A DNA stretch of 63,373 nucleotides, filler included, from Piptocephalis cylindrospora (lineage: Eukaryota), in assembly GCA_003614145.1 (NCBI GenBank). It is 6 parts of 6 records of this genome, joined end to end, with 100 filler letters (N's around TTAATTAATTAA, not from the genome) between each part and the next. Parts side by side here need not be neighbours in the genome. Positions count along the whole stretch, not along the records: positions 42,505 to 52,891 come from KZ988038.1; positions 52,992 to 63,373 come from KZ988039.1; 4 more parts are not named here. The stretch is one strand, 5' to 3'. Each line of letters opens with the position of its first letter. The first letter of the stretch is position 1. Positions 47,836-61,682 of the stretch are shown piece by piece. A program made the translations under genes and the position numbers. The notes under the pieces are model-generated. The model saw only the letters and a program-made list of their open reading frames with translations. It ran no database searches and was not told where the DNA came from.

Positions 47836-50071
47836 GAGGGAATAGACCTGCTCGCTCATAGACCAGGAGGTACGTATACCCAGGGTTCTAAGCCGTGTAC
47901 TGGGAGGTGGGGCAGCGAGGAGGCAGATCTGGCACCTCCCAGCTCCCCTTCCCCTATCTATCCACATCACGATCTTCTTGGGGATGTGCCCTTGCTATGG
48001 AAGGTGTTCATAGGGATATCACATTGATTTATATTTTCTGCCCAGCTTTCTAAAGATATCATCGAATGTATGCTGATGGATTCACCATCAGAAAGTCTTG
48101 GCTATTTTTCCACTCTGTCTCCCAAAAAAACGGGTCCCTAAGAACAGCTGAATGTATTAGCTGTCGATCATCCAAGGATCTTGCAGTATTCGGCGTGTTT
48201 GTAGGCCCAATGGCGTTGTACCCCTTCCTTTACAGGGCAGCGCGACTTTTATTTCGGCAAATCGCATAGCCGTTTCAATAGGCCAATGCTATCTTTTTAC
48301 GATTCACTAACGCACTGAAGCAGCTAACCTACAGCCTCACTGATCATCATCTCATGTCGAGACACCTTCATGCCACCTCATCGTTACCATTACTGGGTGG
48401 ATCGCATGGGGTGGATTTGGGAGGATCTATCGAGCATCTCTTTTTTAGCATTATTTACCTAATCTATCATTCTCCCCATCTAGTAAGAGCATCCATAAGT
48501 CCCGGGGTATGGGATAAGCCGTAAGGGGGAGCCCCCGAAGGCGTTATCCCCTCCCAATACATCCTATCCCCCGTCTGAATGGTGTAGTGTAGATTTTTAT
48601 GGAGATGTCAGGGGATACTCAGAGGAGGAAACCTGCCTTATTTGTGTATAGTATGGCCCTTTCTTTTCCCACCACCAGGGTTATTGTACCACACCAAACC
48701 CTTCCTTTCGCACCTTCCTGAAAGGGGTGATTATTTTGCTTCCGTCATCCCTCAGCTCCATGTTCGTCTCACTGTCGTTCTTTTTGTACGACAAACGAGT
48801 AGAGGGGATGAGATGATCCTCGCTATCATGGAGGCTTACGTACAAAAGATCACCAAGCATGGGAATGATCTTCTCAGGAGAGGTAATGCTGTATCGGCCT
48901 GACGCGTTTGTAGATTCTAATTGATTTTCTTGGTCGGAATTAGTGTTAATTGTAGATTAAGGAAAGTACTGAGATGGCCATGCCAAGAGAAAGATGAGAG
49001 GATGCGCAAGGGGCATCTGCTCATCTTTCCATCACCTATCCTTCCCCTTCGGTCCTCCCACTTTGGTATACCTTCCCGTTTTAGAAGGCTTTTAAGCGAG
49101 GACGAATCCCCTGTTTGCCGAGGGCGATGAACGATAGGGAGAGGGGAAGGGATTGTCCTTATCCACTCCTGTCTCTTCGGATAAACCGCTTACCACGACT
49201 ATCTATTCAGATCAGCTATTCATGATAGGTTCAACGGAGGCGTTTCGTAAATGCTTCCCGCCAAGTTCTACCTGCTCGTGTCGTCGTAGCCTTTTGATCC
49301 GGGGCCTCTAGCCTCCTTGCCTTTCTGGGACTACTGCATACGCACAGGTCCAGTGGATGGTGGTCGTGGCATTACTAGCTTCTTTCCAAAAGGGACTCTT
49401 GCTCTCTCAGATCTCACACCCGTTTTCCTGCCATATTATTCCTCCTCCGCCTATTTCAGAAGCAACCCATCGTCTTTCCATATTATAGCTTGATTGGTCG
49501 GGTAGGGGCTCCGCCTCACATTGAATGCCAGGCTCGTCCCACCATTGGCCTTGGACCCCGACCACGCGCTCACTCCGACCTCGAGCCGTTACTCAATGCC
49601 GCTCAGTCTCGCCTCTCCCTCTCCCAGGCACAGACGCTTCCCCCTCCCTCCCCAAGTAAGCTCCCATTGTACACTCCTCCCGTCGCCGTGGCACTCTTCC
49701 CCCCTTTTTGGATGCATTCGCTCACACCCCCTCCTCCATTTTTAACAAGCACCATGTCACCTGAGATGTATAAATGAAGTGGACACCCATCGCCCATTCC
49801 CCAACTCCACACAACCTCACTGCAATTCCCCACCCTAGCGCCCGCTTTTCCCATCCTATCTCAATCTATCATATCCCAATCTATCCTATCGCAGTTGATC
49901 CAATCCTTTCCCACCGTATCATCTTCCAACTATCCGGTCTTCTGCTCTCAGGTTTACTCAAATATCCTCTTCGGTCCTTTCCTTCTTCCTCCTGTCCTCA
50001 CTCAACCTTGCTAGACTACCTCCTCTTCTTCCCTTCCTTCAACCAACCAGCCAACCAATAAGTTACTCATC

Positions 50072-52614
50072 ATGCCTTCCTTTGGTAGCGTTATCCGAAA
50101 GTCCTTAGCCTTAAAGAGGTCTCCGTCCAATTCCTCCGCCATCTCAACCTCGTCGGAACGTAAGTCCTCTTTCTCCTCCGGACCTGGGACCCCAGTGGCC
50201 CCTAGCCCCTCCAAGCAGGATGCCACCAATTTCCTACATCTGGTCAATGAGGCCCGGGCTCAAGCCAATCTCCCACCATTCAGCCTGGATCCAGCCCTGA
50301 TGGTCGGGACCGAGGAACACACCCAGAATATGATTAACCAGGGCAAGCTAGGAGGAGCTGATCCTAAAGGCCGTAGCCTTCGGGAGAGGTACACCTCCGT
50401 CGGAGTCTCCCCTCGACGGATGATCCAGGAAAATGTCATTGGAGGACCCGCAGACGTCGAGGCTTGCTTCCGCCTTCTCTTCAAGAATGACGCCTGTCGT
50501 CGTCATATCCTCAGTGCCAAGCTCACCTGCATTGGATTTACCCGCATGTCTCCCAGGCCTGTCTCCGGGGCCAAGACCTCTTCAAAGCCCTTTTACACCA
50601 TCGCTTACGCCGACGGGATCCCGGAAGCCTCTGTCCTCCAGAATGAAACCATCCCAGGTGAATCCAGCTCCCTTGACTCCGTCCCCTCCCCTATCACCCC
50701 AGTCTCTCCTACCACTAGTTGTGAGTCTACCGATGGCCCCCCTACCCCAAAGGCCGTGCCCATCAGCCGTGGCAATAGTCGTGGTAGTGCAGGGGCGGCC
50801 ATGGCCAAGAAGCGCTGGAGTGGTCTGGTTCATGCCGTGGGTGCCTTTGCTGGCAAGATCTCCCGGGACTCGTCCAAAGAGGTTGGCACCACGATGAACT
50901 TCCTTGCCCTCGTCAATAACGCTAGGTCCAAGGCCTCTGTCCCCCCCATGACTTTTGATAGGAACTTGCAACAAGGCGCCAAGGACCAAGCCACTCATCT
51001 GGCCCTTGCTGCCACTACCACCACCCCACCAGCCAAGGCCCTGAGGGAAAGGTACACAGCTGTTGGGGTTTCTACCAAAAGGACCATTCGGGAAAATGTC
51101 ATCTGTGGGCCCAAGACCCCAGAGGACTGCTTCAATGCCCTCTACGGCAATGCTTCCTGCAAGGCCAATATCCTCTCCCCTGAGTTGCGTCGGTGCGGAT
51201 TTGCTCAGGTTAGCACCAAGGATAATCAGATGCATTATGTTGTCGCCTACAGTGACCCAGGTCCCCAGTATGCCTTTGACGCGGAAAATATGATTCATCT
51301 GGTCAATTTAGAGAGGAAGAAGAAGGGGCTGCATCCGGTCCTATGTGATCCGTAAGTCTTGGTAAAGGAGAGCGGCCGTTCTCCTCTCATCACCTCATCC
51401 TTCATAATCTCACATGCCCATGCTCATCCTCCCTTCTGACGAATAGCTACCTGGAGCAAGCAGCAAAGAACCATTCAGATGACATGGCCGAATGCCAGCA
51501 TATGTCTCATGATGATCCCCGCGGGCGCAGTCTCCTGGAACGCTTCACCGATGCCGGAGTGACGATGAGGAGGAAGGTCCTGGAGAATGTGGCATTTGGA
51601 GAACGAGATGAGGTCGAGTGTATGGAAAAACTCATGAAATCCAAGGATCATCGGAAAAACATCCTAGACCCCGAGGTCACCCGTATCGGTTGTGCTGTCT
51701 CTCATTGTCATGAAGGTACTCCTTACTACACACAGGCCTTTGGGTGGGATGGAAAGAAACCATCAGAGTCCGGAAAGCCCGATCCTTGCATCAATCCAAA
51801 CCGTGAGGCCTCTACTTTCTTGGATCTGGCCAATACTATGCGGGCCAAGCACTGCAGGAAGGGTAGCCCCTTTACCCTGGACTCGGCGCTAACACGAGGA
51901 GCCCAGGCCCACGCCGAGTACCAGGCTTCCCTAGGCAAGCTGTCAGGGGAGAACGCCAAGGGCCAGGGCCTTCGTGAGCGCTATGTGGCCGCTGGGGTGC
52001 CTTCGGGCTGGGGCATTGACGAAAATGTCATCGGGGGCCCTGAGACAACCCAAGCCGTATGCGAGGTTCTGGGCAAGGATAAGGGCAACAGTAATCTCTA
52101 CCGCCCCGAGCTTACCCGGATCGGGTATGGGGTGGCCAAGTCCAAGGAGACCGGCCTCTACTTTTATGCCATTGCCTTTGCTGAGCCCGGAGAGAGTGAA
52201 GAGGAGGTGGCCAAGTCATTTGACCCCCAGATCGTGCTGAAACTCGTCAATGACCATCGAAAGAAGAAGGGTCTCACCCCCTTGATCGCCGAGCCCTCCT
52301 TGGTTCATGTGGCCCAATCCCGTGCCGAAATCATGGCTGAGAGCAGCTCGCTTAATGCACCTGATCCTAAGGACCGAGATCTCCTAAACCGATTCAAGGA
52401 CTCAGGCGTCCCAACCTCTTTGTCCCGTCGACTCATGGAGAACGTCGGGGCGGGTGCGGGTTCAGCCTCTGACTGTATTACTAGCTTCATGGAGAGTAAG
52501 CCCCACAAGGCCAATATCCTCCATGCTCAGGTTAGTCACTTTGGCTCCGGGGCTGCCGTAGACGCCGAAGGCACCCCATACTATGTCCATGCCTTTGGAT
52601 GGAATGGGGAGTGA
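50072..52614 (+). CDS. 815-aa protein with five tandem CAP/SCP (YkwD-like) domains, no signal peptide (intron 51352-51446)
   Basis: Five repeats of L-VN-x2-R...ENV...(H)xxNIL...G...YxxxF/Y; the GTAAGT..ATAG intron joins the two ORFs in frame. Confidence 0.9.
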
Positions 52615-52891
52615 GAGGGATGATGTATCAGGTCATGTCCATGGGTGCCATTGTCCGTACAAGATGATTTCCCTGACCATGACAATCTAGATTAGGTGGG
52701 GCAAACTATGTTGGATTTTAGCTGAATGTATTAGTTTATCCCTTTTTAACCGACTGTGGCCAATGTAGAGAAGTTCAGAATGTGCCTACAAAAAGATTCG
52801 GCCAATATTACCATGGGAAGCAGAGTCAAGGTAAAAAAGCAGTGCATTATCCATCAACCATCAATCCTCTCCACTACCTCAGTATCTCCTG

Positions 52892-52991
52892 NNNNNNNNN
52901 NNNNNNNNNNNNNNNNNNNNNNNNNNNNNNNNNNNTTAATTAATTAANNNNNNNNNNNNNNNNNNNNNNNNNNNNNNNNNNNNNNNNNNNN
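52892..52991. other. Artificial contig-joining spacer
   Basis: N44-TTAATTAATTAA-N44. Confidence 0.99.
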
Positions 52992-53471
52992 CCTTGGATA
53001 ATCAGGGTCTAGAGGATACATCCTCTTCGGATCAACTCGGGGATGAGTGTATCCGTGAGCGGAGGAAGGGGAGGGGAGGGTGGGCTTCTGGGAGATGAGA
53101 TGCTGGGTGAGGGGATCGTGGTGAATGAGGATATACCAGTTACTATTGACCATCAAAGGCTGTCTCCAAGTGAGGTAGGCAGCCTGGCTCCACCAAGCAT
53201 CCAGCCAGTTACGGGCCGAAGGGGGGTCGATCCGGTTGACCCTCCAGGCATGATCCTGGAGTCTTCGTTGAAGGATACGTCCTTGGCCAGTCCCTGATTT
53301 GGCAAACTCCTGCAAAGCGTCTTGGAGATCCTTTGGGAGATGTGGTTTTTGGGAGGAAGAAGAGGATGCAGCGAGTATGGCGTTGATGGATTGAGTGAGG
53401 ACCTGGAGGGTGTGGTCCAGATCCGGGATGGGTAATTTGGGAAGAGTCTCTTGAAATTGGAATGTGGACAT
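52992..53471 (-). CDS. Carnitine/choline O-acyltransferase, N-terminal fragment (truncated by the contig edge)
   Basis: MSTFQFQETLPKLPIPDLDHTL; GRILQRRL; NWLDAWWSQAAYLTWRQPLMVNSN. Confidence 0.88.
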
Positions 53472-55041
53472 GGTAGGACTGTATGTGGGTGTGAAGGAGG
53501 GATGGGGGGAGAGGGAGGGGGAGGGGGAAAGGAGGAAAGATGAAGGGGGGGAGGATGAAGACAAAGGCGGGAGCTGATCCATGTCCCCTCCCCTTTATAG
53601 ATAAAGTGCGGGGGGTGGAACATGGAGTAGAGTGGAGTGGAATGACCATAAGGTATTGGGAACCATGGCAATAGCATCTCACATGCTAGGACGCGCAATT
53701 CCTCCTATGGAAGGGACTTACGCGTTCGTGGAGAGAAGCTTCGCACCGGCTGCTACTGATGACCCTGCGCCGACACATACATTAAGCGCACAAGCGCGTG
53801 AGAAACAGGATCAATGCTATGGGCTCCAAGGTCCCCACAATATGTGTGTGTGTGGGGAAGAGGGGAGGCAATGTCGGGCGTCGGGACTTTCCTCTTCCGC
53901 GCAACTCCACTCACATGCCAACGAGGGGAATGTCATATTGGGCGGGTTTGTCTTGAAGATATGCTGGGGAGGGGAGGAAAGGGGATTTAGATGGTAGTAG
54001 TACTTTTGTAGTTGCTTGTTGGCCTTATAAAGAGCCTCTCTTCTCTCTCCAAGACATACCCTACATTGGATGATCTGTATATGCTTTTAGGACTGAAGAG
54101 AGCATCTTTTCATGGGCCGCAGACTCTACATGGACGACCCCGTCCCCATCCCTGTCCATTGCCACAGCCTAGTTTTTCCTGTGCGCGTGACAAGGGTGGT
54201 TCCATGAGAGAGAGGGAGAGAGGGAGGGGGAGAGTGTGTGCACCATGTGTGTGTACCTGTGTGCAGGCTCTGTAAATGAACCCGCCCCATTCTGTCTGTA
54301 GGACAGGGGGATTGAGGAAAACGGAGTCTCAAAATGACCAAAAAAGAAGATTTTCCTGGCAACATTTTAAATGCTGCTGCTATTCATGAGACGATTAGTA
54401 TGACTTCTTTTAGACGCAGATGGTGGTTGGCTCTATCCAACGCGCCATCCCGACGTAATCATGACACAGAGACCGCATACATTGGATCAGCTGTTTGAAA
54501 AGGAGAGTGACTTGTAGAAAGTATCTCACACCCTTACACAGGGTCATGCATTCTCTTTCTATGTAGCACACACTTTGGCTTGGGGATCAAATGACTCTCT
54601 CTCCCTCTCCCTCTCCCTCTCCCTCTCTCTCCTCTCCGATCCAGCACCAGCAACAACAGCAAGTAAAAAGCCCATCTCGGATCATCGTCAGATCAAAAAA
54701 AAAGACAGTAGAAATTCTCGTAAAAGTACGCACCCCAAGTACGCGCACACTCCCTCTGACCCACATCGCTGCCTCCTCCCCTCACTATCCAGGCGGTCGG
54801 TTAAGATGGTCTGGTCCCATTTACCATCCCTTCGTGCCTTACACCATCCCCCCCACCCCCTCCACCCCCTGTCTTGTGATGGGAAGGGACGGTGAGGGTC
54901 TAAAGATGAGGGATGTCCCTGATTTGACCATGCCACCAGGTCCAACCTCTCCCCCGCCCAGGTTCCACGCCTCTCCCCTACCAAGCAGCACATCTTCATC
55001 TTCTTCTCCCTCAAAGTACCGTGTTCCAGGATCCGCACAAA

Positions 55042-55617
55042 TTACAGCATCAAACACTTGGCCTTCTTCTTGGTCACGGGGGGCTCAAGGGCAGCGACGA
55101 TGGCCTCATCAAAGACATTCTTCAGTCCTTTCTGGGTCAAGGCAGAACACTCGACATACTTGACGGCCCCGAGTTCCCGGGCAAGACGCTCACCTTGCTC
55201 CACGGCGACGGGCCGCTGCTTCTGTCGGTTTAGCTTATCCACTACGGTTGGATCCTCCCGAAGATCCACCTGGGTGCCGACGATGAGACAAGGGACTCCA
55301 GGGCAATGATGATGGACCTCGGGGAACCACTTTTCCTTGACGTTCTCAAAGGAAGCCGGAGAGGTGACGGAGTAGCAAACGAGGAAGACATCGGTTTGGG
55401 GATAGGAGAGGGGACGTAGACGATCGTAATCTTCCTGACCGGCCGTATCAAAGAGCCCAAGGGTAAAGGGCTCATCCCCGATCATGACAGTGACAGCATA
55501 ATTGTCAAACACGGTGGGGACGTATTCTGAGGGGAATTTGTTGGTGGTGTAGGAGATGAGGAGGCAGGTTTTCCCCACTGCACCATCACCGACGACGACA
55601 CACTTGATGGTCTGCAT
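55042..55617 (-). CDS. CDC42: Rho-family GTPase Cdc42 (191 aa)
   Basis: [34 protein letters not shown]; polybasic KKKAK-CLML CaaX. Confidence 0.99.
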   Translation of the reverse strand: MQTIKCVVVGDGAVGKTCLLISYTTNKFPSEYVPTVFDNYAVTVMIGDEPFTLGLFDTAGQEDYDRLRPLSYPQTDVFLVCYSVTSPASFENVKEKWFPEVHHHCPGVPCLIVGTQVDLREDPTVVDKLNRQKQRPVAVEQGERLARELGAVKYVECSALTQKGLKNVFDEAIVAALEPPVTKKKAKCLML

Positions 55618-57724
55618 TGGAGTTGGGATGAGGAGAGGTTGTGTAGTAGGGTGGTTGAACTGGGTGCGGTGGTTCAGAGCTGGAGGAGGAAAGACGGTAG
55701 TTGGATGATAGCCAAGAGAGAGGATGGGTAAGGAGAAAGGAAAAAAGTGAACAGGTGAGTTGGGTTGGGTTAGTGGATGGGTGACTGGAGTGATGGACAG
55801 TAAGGCAGGAGAAGCAGGTTGGGAGGACAAGGGTAGTGAGTGGGAGTGAGGGATCGGGGATCAGGAGGGTTTGAAAGGGGGGGAGGGCTTGGAGGGAAGG
55901 GGCAGGGAGAGACAAGAGAAGGAGAAGGAAAGGTGAAAGGCGGGTGTGGTGGTATGGAAATGGTGAAGGTTGGTTGGTTTATAGTGTGGTGCTCTCCTAT
56001 TTCAGTTGGGAGGATGATAAAGGCTGGGACAAGCTGAGCGGGGCTGGGCGCTGGGCGCTGGGTTTTGGGGAGGGGCAAAGGAAAGTGAAAGGGTGGTGGT
56101 TGGATTTCTGGTCAAGGAGGGAGAGAGAGAGAGAGAGAGGAGATGAGGGACCAGCGGGAGTCAAGAGACACACATATACACACATATACACAGAGAGAGT
56201 CAACTCCGTTCACATCACGTTCTTTTTCCTCTTGTTCCCCAGCCCCCCGCGCTCACCTTGAACAGCCTTCCCCTTTTTGCCCTCACATATACACACTCCT
56301 CCCCTCCCCACACACATCTTCCATCCATTCCAAGTGGATGATAGAGCAGTGGGAGAGAGACTAGGGCTTGGATGGCTAGGGGAGAGGAGGAATGATGACA
56401 ATCTTGCCAAGACAAAATTGTGCATTTCCCATGAAAATTAATGTATTTTACAGCTCGGATCCCCCATAACTCACTCGTCAAAATGGGTAAAATAAAAAGG
56501 GTTTTCAAGCCAAGTCAAACTCGGATCCCCCATAACAAATCACGATGAATTGATCTTTGAATTATCTACCCCTTTCGGTTGCATTCTGGGGCGATTGGAC
56601 AAAGAGAGGAGGGGGGAGGAGGAGGAGAAAGGATAGTCTTCCTTCCCCAGGGGAAAATGTGTGCGGGGGTACTTGGAGAGGAGAGGGGCCACCCCCCCCA
56701 TACGCTACCCTGTTGATTGGGCAGACAACACCCTCTCCTCCCTTCCCCCTTCCCCCTGGGGATGAAGAGGATGAGGAGCAGGGAGGTGTCAAGTTGGAGT
56801 AACCCAAGGTCTTGATGCGTGCCGTATGTGACTGGAGATGACTGAATCCTGCCCTTTTTATCTATTGAATCGCATCAGTGTTCAATGACAACCGAAGAAA
56901 GATCATATGGATATGTGCTTCGTGGACCAAGGGAAATAGCCATTCATCGAGCTGCTGATCTTACCATAAAACAACACTCTTTGTCCTCCTAGAGTATGCA
57001 CTTGTCGTGGAAGATCTCTTCAGAGGAGCTCAGAATAAACACGATCCTATTCAGTCCTTCTCCAACTTACGCACTCTTCGTGTATGTCGCTTGGGACAAT
57101 ACGAAGAGCAGGCTTCAAAATTCATATGCACCAGAAGATACCAGGGGAGAAATGGCTCATCCTGTCCCATCCCACACACCGAGCAAGCAAGGGACCGTGG
57201 GTACGGGAGACATCTGTTCGATGACATCTGAGGGGGCGGAGTGATAGCGGAGTAAACACCAACCTGAAATACACACCAGTGTCGGACTTTTCTCGTCTGT
57301 CCCTTACCTTCCACCGGCCTCATCGGCAGGAGTCGAGACCAATTGGTTAGTCCATCGGATGATAATCCTGGGGCGGGGCAAAGGATAGATTGGGTTGAGT
57401 AGGATCATGATGCTTGATGGTTGCTTCATCCACTGGAACTTCTCAAGGCAGGGCGTCCCCCTCCCCCCCCCCCCTCGTCTTACCTTGGAGCATTCAGTTG
57501 TCCATATACCCCGACGCCATGATGAATGGGCACTCGTGCCTTGGATGGGCTGCATTTTTTTATCCATCCAACCCTTCCTCAATCTCCTTCCTTCCTTCCC
57601 ATCCCATCCCCACTCCACCCACTCCCTCTTCCGTCCTCTATTATTTCATGGTGATTCATCTCTCTGCTTGAAACCCTAGTGATCTAGAGTCCTTCCCCTC
57701 CCCCAACTCCATTTCCCGGCGCTC

Positions 57725-59273
57725 ATGTGGACCTACCTGCCTACTGAGGGCTATGATTCTACTGTCACCATGCCTCACGGGGGCCTGGCCTTGTGGGCCG
57801 TCATCACCATTCTTTGGTGCTCCATCATCATGGGAATAGTCCTTATCACCTACCGATACCGACACTCCCCTGCCGCCACAAATCGATGCTCCCTTCTTAC
57901 CCTTATCATCCTCCCCGCGCCCCTCATCCTCCTCCCATGGATCCTCTACCGGCCTTTGGTCTCCACCGCTCCTTCATGCTTTTTCGACCTATGGTGCTTC
58001 TTCATCGGGAACTCCTTCATCGTCACCTTTAACTTTTGTCGCTTTGTCCGTATCCTTCACATCTACCGGATCAAGGAGGCTCTTCTAGGATCCTCCCAGT
58101 ATGGTCTTTCCACCCCGTCCGACCCCGAATCGGATCGCTCTATCCAGCTCATCCCTAAAGCATGGAATCGCCTCGACCGCCCCATCCCTCACTCTCCTAA
58201 CCCCCTCGTCCTGGAGACCCCGTATAACATCGAGTATCTGTCTCAGGAGTGGAAGGAGGCTTGGTGGTTTAGATACAGAAACCTCCTGACCGAACGATCC
58301 TTAGTTGCCATCGGGTTTTCCATCATGCTCTGTGTTACCCTCCTCGTCACCCTCATCTCAGTCATTCACGGCCCCTACCCCGATCAGCATTGGGCGATTG
58401 GCCAGTGCATGCTAGACTGCCCCTTTTGGATTGCATACATCGTCAGTATCCTCTCGCTCATCCTCATCCACCTGCCCACCCTCGCTCGCCCACTCACCCC
58501 CTCCCATCCCATGTATGCAGTACTCCCTCATCATCAAAAGTATTCTCTATCCTTCATCCTTCCTTCTCCTTCGAAAGGCTAGTGATGCTTATGGGATAAG
58601 GCGTGAGTTTCAGATCTACGGGCTATTTAGCTGTATCTTCACCATAGCATGCTTCATCTCCGCAGTCATCCCCAACATGCCCCAAAAGATCAGAACCTCC
58701 CTTTTCCTCACGTTTTTCCTCCTATACCTACTCAATGGAGTCTACTCCATCTACGTCCTCCCCCTCCTCGATATCATCCGAGCCAGGCATCACTCTAACT
58801 CTGCTACCCTCACCATAGAGTCCTTCCATACCATGCTCAAGGACCCCACTAATTTTCACGCCTTCCTCCACTTCTCCGTCTGGGACCTCAGCGTGGAGAA
58901 CCCTCTCTTCTACCGAAGGTATCATCAGCTGGTCGATCGCACTGCTCAGCTCCACCGGCATCTCCGGACCTCAACAGACAGCGATATCCTTGGGGAGGCC
59001 GGGGACGTGGCCGACAAAGCCAGGAGTCAGTTACGCGAAGACCTCACCAACATCCATGCTACCTTCCTCTCCCCTTCCTCCCACTACGAGCTCAATGTCC
59101 CCCGGGAGATGGCTCAGCTCGTTGAGCGGCATTTAGCTGCCGGAAACTATCGCCTCCACATCCTAGATGATGTCCTGAACGAGGTGACTCTCCTCATGTT
59201 TCAACACACTTACCCGCGCTTCATCGAGCAGCGCGGCCATATTCCCTCCAGGGTCAATGTATCCACTTACTAA
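57725..59273 (+). CDS. 7TM receptor fused to a C-terminal RGS domain (489 aa; intron 58442-58520)
   Basis: Seven hydrophobic helices after splicing GTCAGT..GCAG; DAYGIRRE loop; RGS motifs FSVWDLSVENPLFY, FLSPSSHYELNV and HTYPRF. Confidence 0.88.
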
Positions 59274-59992
59274 TCGCCTCAAGTGATAGGGGAGATGTCA
59301 GCGCATGTTTGTCCGTTTCTGGTACCTCCTTAATGTATCTATAGTTGACCTTTTTCTTTCTGTCGCTGGGAGGAGAGGATGGCTGATTTGAGGGCCTTAG
59401 CGAGCCCTGATAGTACGTATGCGGGCTGTAGAACGGGTATCTCACGCTGGCTCTCCTTTTCTGTTTAAGGCCATGACGGAGGAGAAGTAAGGCATCTCTT
59501 CGATAAAGAAGAGGAGAGGGTTATACTTCGTGATCGCCGAAAAGATACAAGTGGTACAAGAGACGGGATCATCCTTTTCGGATGGGGAAACTCCGTAAAT
59601 GCTGGGCAATTTCATCCAAGGTGATCTCCAAGAAGAGACTATGAGCAAGAGGGAGAAGAGTGGATCAAAGTTTAGGAATGAAAGATGGGAAAGGGATACT
59701 GGGCAAGAAGGAGGAAGGGGATAGCTCTGTTGTAGATCAATAGACCTGTATTCACATCAGAGTAGACATAATAAAATAGGAGGGAAGGAATCAGGAAGCC
59801 TCCTGGACGATGTTTGCTCTTTGACCTTAAACACCAAGTCACGCATCATGGCCGCGCTTCTCCCTGCCGTCCAGACACGATCTGGGTTTAGCGCCGTGGC
59901 TCCCCTCTCCTCCCCAAGATCAATAGTCTCTCTTGCTCTATCCTCAAGCTCATCTTCCCCCCCATCCTGAACCCTTTCAAGCCCGTGTAAGC

Positions 59993-61682
59993 ATGGGCGT
60001 CCCTTCTTCCCCCCATCCGCCCGACATGTCATCTCCTTCCCCATCCCGCGCTTCGCCTTCTCCCTCCACCTCCTCTACCTCCTCCACCGACTCTTCTGGG
60101 TCCGACTCCTCCACCGACTCCTCCGCCTCTACCACCCCCAGGTCTAGGTCCAGGTCCAGCAGCCCAAAGGCCGAAAGTGACGATGATGGTACCGTCAATC
60201 CTGTCCCTTTTTCCTCCTTGTCCTGCGACTCACCGCTCCCCCTCTCCCATCGTAGACCTTGTCCAAAGTCTAGAGGATACCCTTCAGCCCTCTGTGACCC
60301 TTGCCACCGCTGCACCCGCTCCAGTTATCCCCTGTCGTACCTATGATATTGTTCCGGTAGTGAGTGAGCTGTACTATCCTCGCGCGATCCCGCCCCTGCC
60401 CTATATCTCATCTCATCTCACCACGCTCTCCTCCTCTACAGGTGGCAGCATTGCATCCAGCGGACATCTATTCGGTGACTGCGCCCACCAATTTCCGATG
60501 GTTTCTCACGGGAGGTGCGGATGGAATCATTAGAAAATGGGACACCTTCGCCTCTCTCAACGGCAAGACCCCTTTGACCCAGGCCCAAAGACAGGGCCAG
60601 GTGGATAGTGTCACCAAGTCCGGGGTCCTCCTCACCTCTTGGTCCCTGCACTCCTCCTCCTCCTCTTCCCCTTCCGCATCAGGATCTAGCGGGAAGAGGG
60701 CCCCTCTCTCCCCCGTCTACAGTTTGGCCTGCCATCCAGAGGCAGTGTGGGCCTTGGCTGGGACGGGGTCTGGAGACATTCGTCTTTATACCCTTCGATC
60801 GGACGAAGGCCTCCTCCACGCCACCCTCCCCGCAGGCACTTCTTCCTCGGCCATGGGTGAAGAGTCCAGGGAGGGACATACTGGGCCCGTCTCGGTTCTT
60901 ACTCTTAGCGTAGACTCTTCCCGGTGTTTCTCCGGTTCCTGGGATAAGGGGATCCTCGAGTGGGATTTGAATACTGGCCAGATAGCTCAACGGTATGTCG
61001 GAGCCACTTCCCAGGTCGCCGTCATCCAAAGCCAACCCACCTCGGAGGATTCCATGCACCAGGATGGCTCGGGCCCCTTGCTTATGAATGCAACCGTCGA
61101 TGGCCAGGTCATGTTGTGGGATCAACGGATGGCTCATTTTGTCGGAAAGTACACACCTCCCGACCGCGTCCCTCCCTGGTTACTCTCAGCCACCTGGGGA
61201 GCCGATGGCCAGCACATCTATGTTGGACGTCGAAATGGGACGGGTGAGTCTTTGGATTATTTTACTATGATGACTTAGCTTCTCCATGATTGGTCTCACT
61301 CATGATCTCTCCTCCCCTATTTGTAGTGGAAGAATGGGATGTCCGAGGGGATCGATTGGTAAGATCTCTGCGATTACCCCTACAATCAGGCCCAGTGCAT
61401 CATGTACATGCCATGCCCTCGGGAAGGCATCTGCTGTGCGGATCCATGGATAACCTTCGTCTTTGGGATCTTCAAGCGGATCATGACGACGGGGATGGGA
61501 TGGCCCTTGGTGGAGGAAGGCTCCCTCCCTTTCGTGTTCTTCCAGGGCACCATGGTGGAGTCATTGCCGGCATCATCCGGGACCATGAGGCCAAGTATGT
61601 TGTGAGCATCTCGGGGACACGAGGATGGGAGGGCCAGGGGAATCGAGGGTGTTTGCTGTATGATGTCCAGACCGTTCTATAG
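59993..61682 (+). CDS. SPT8: SAGA subunit Spt8-like WD40 protein (3 introns; start 59993 or 60026)
   Basis: YDIVP-VAALH; LTGGADGIIRKWDTFASLNGKTPLTQAQR; SPVYSLACHPEAVWAL; FSGSWDK; PPWLLSATW; IYVGRRN; GHHGG; SGTRGW. Confidence 0.88.
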
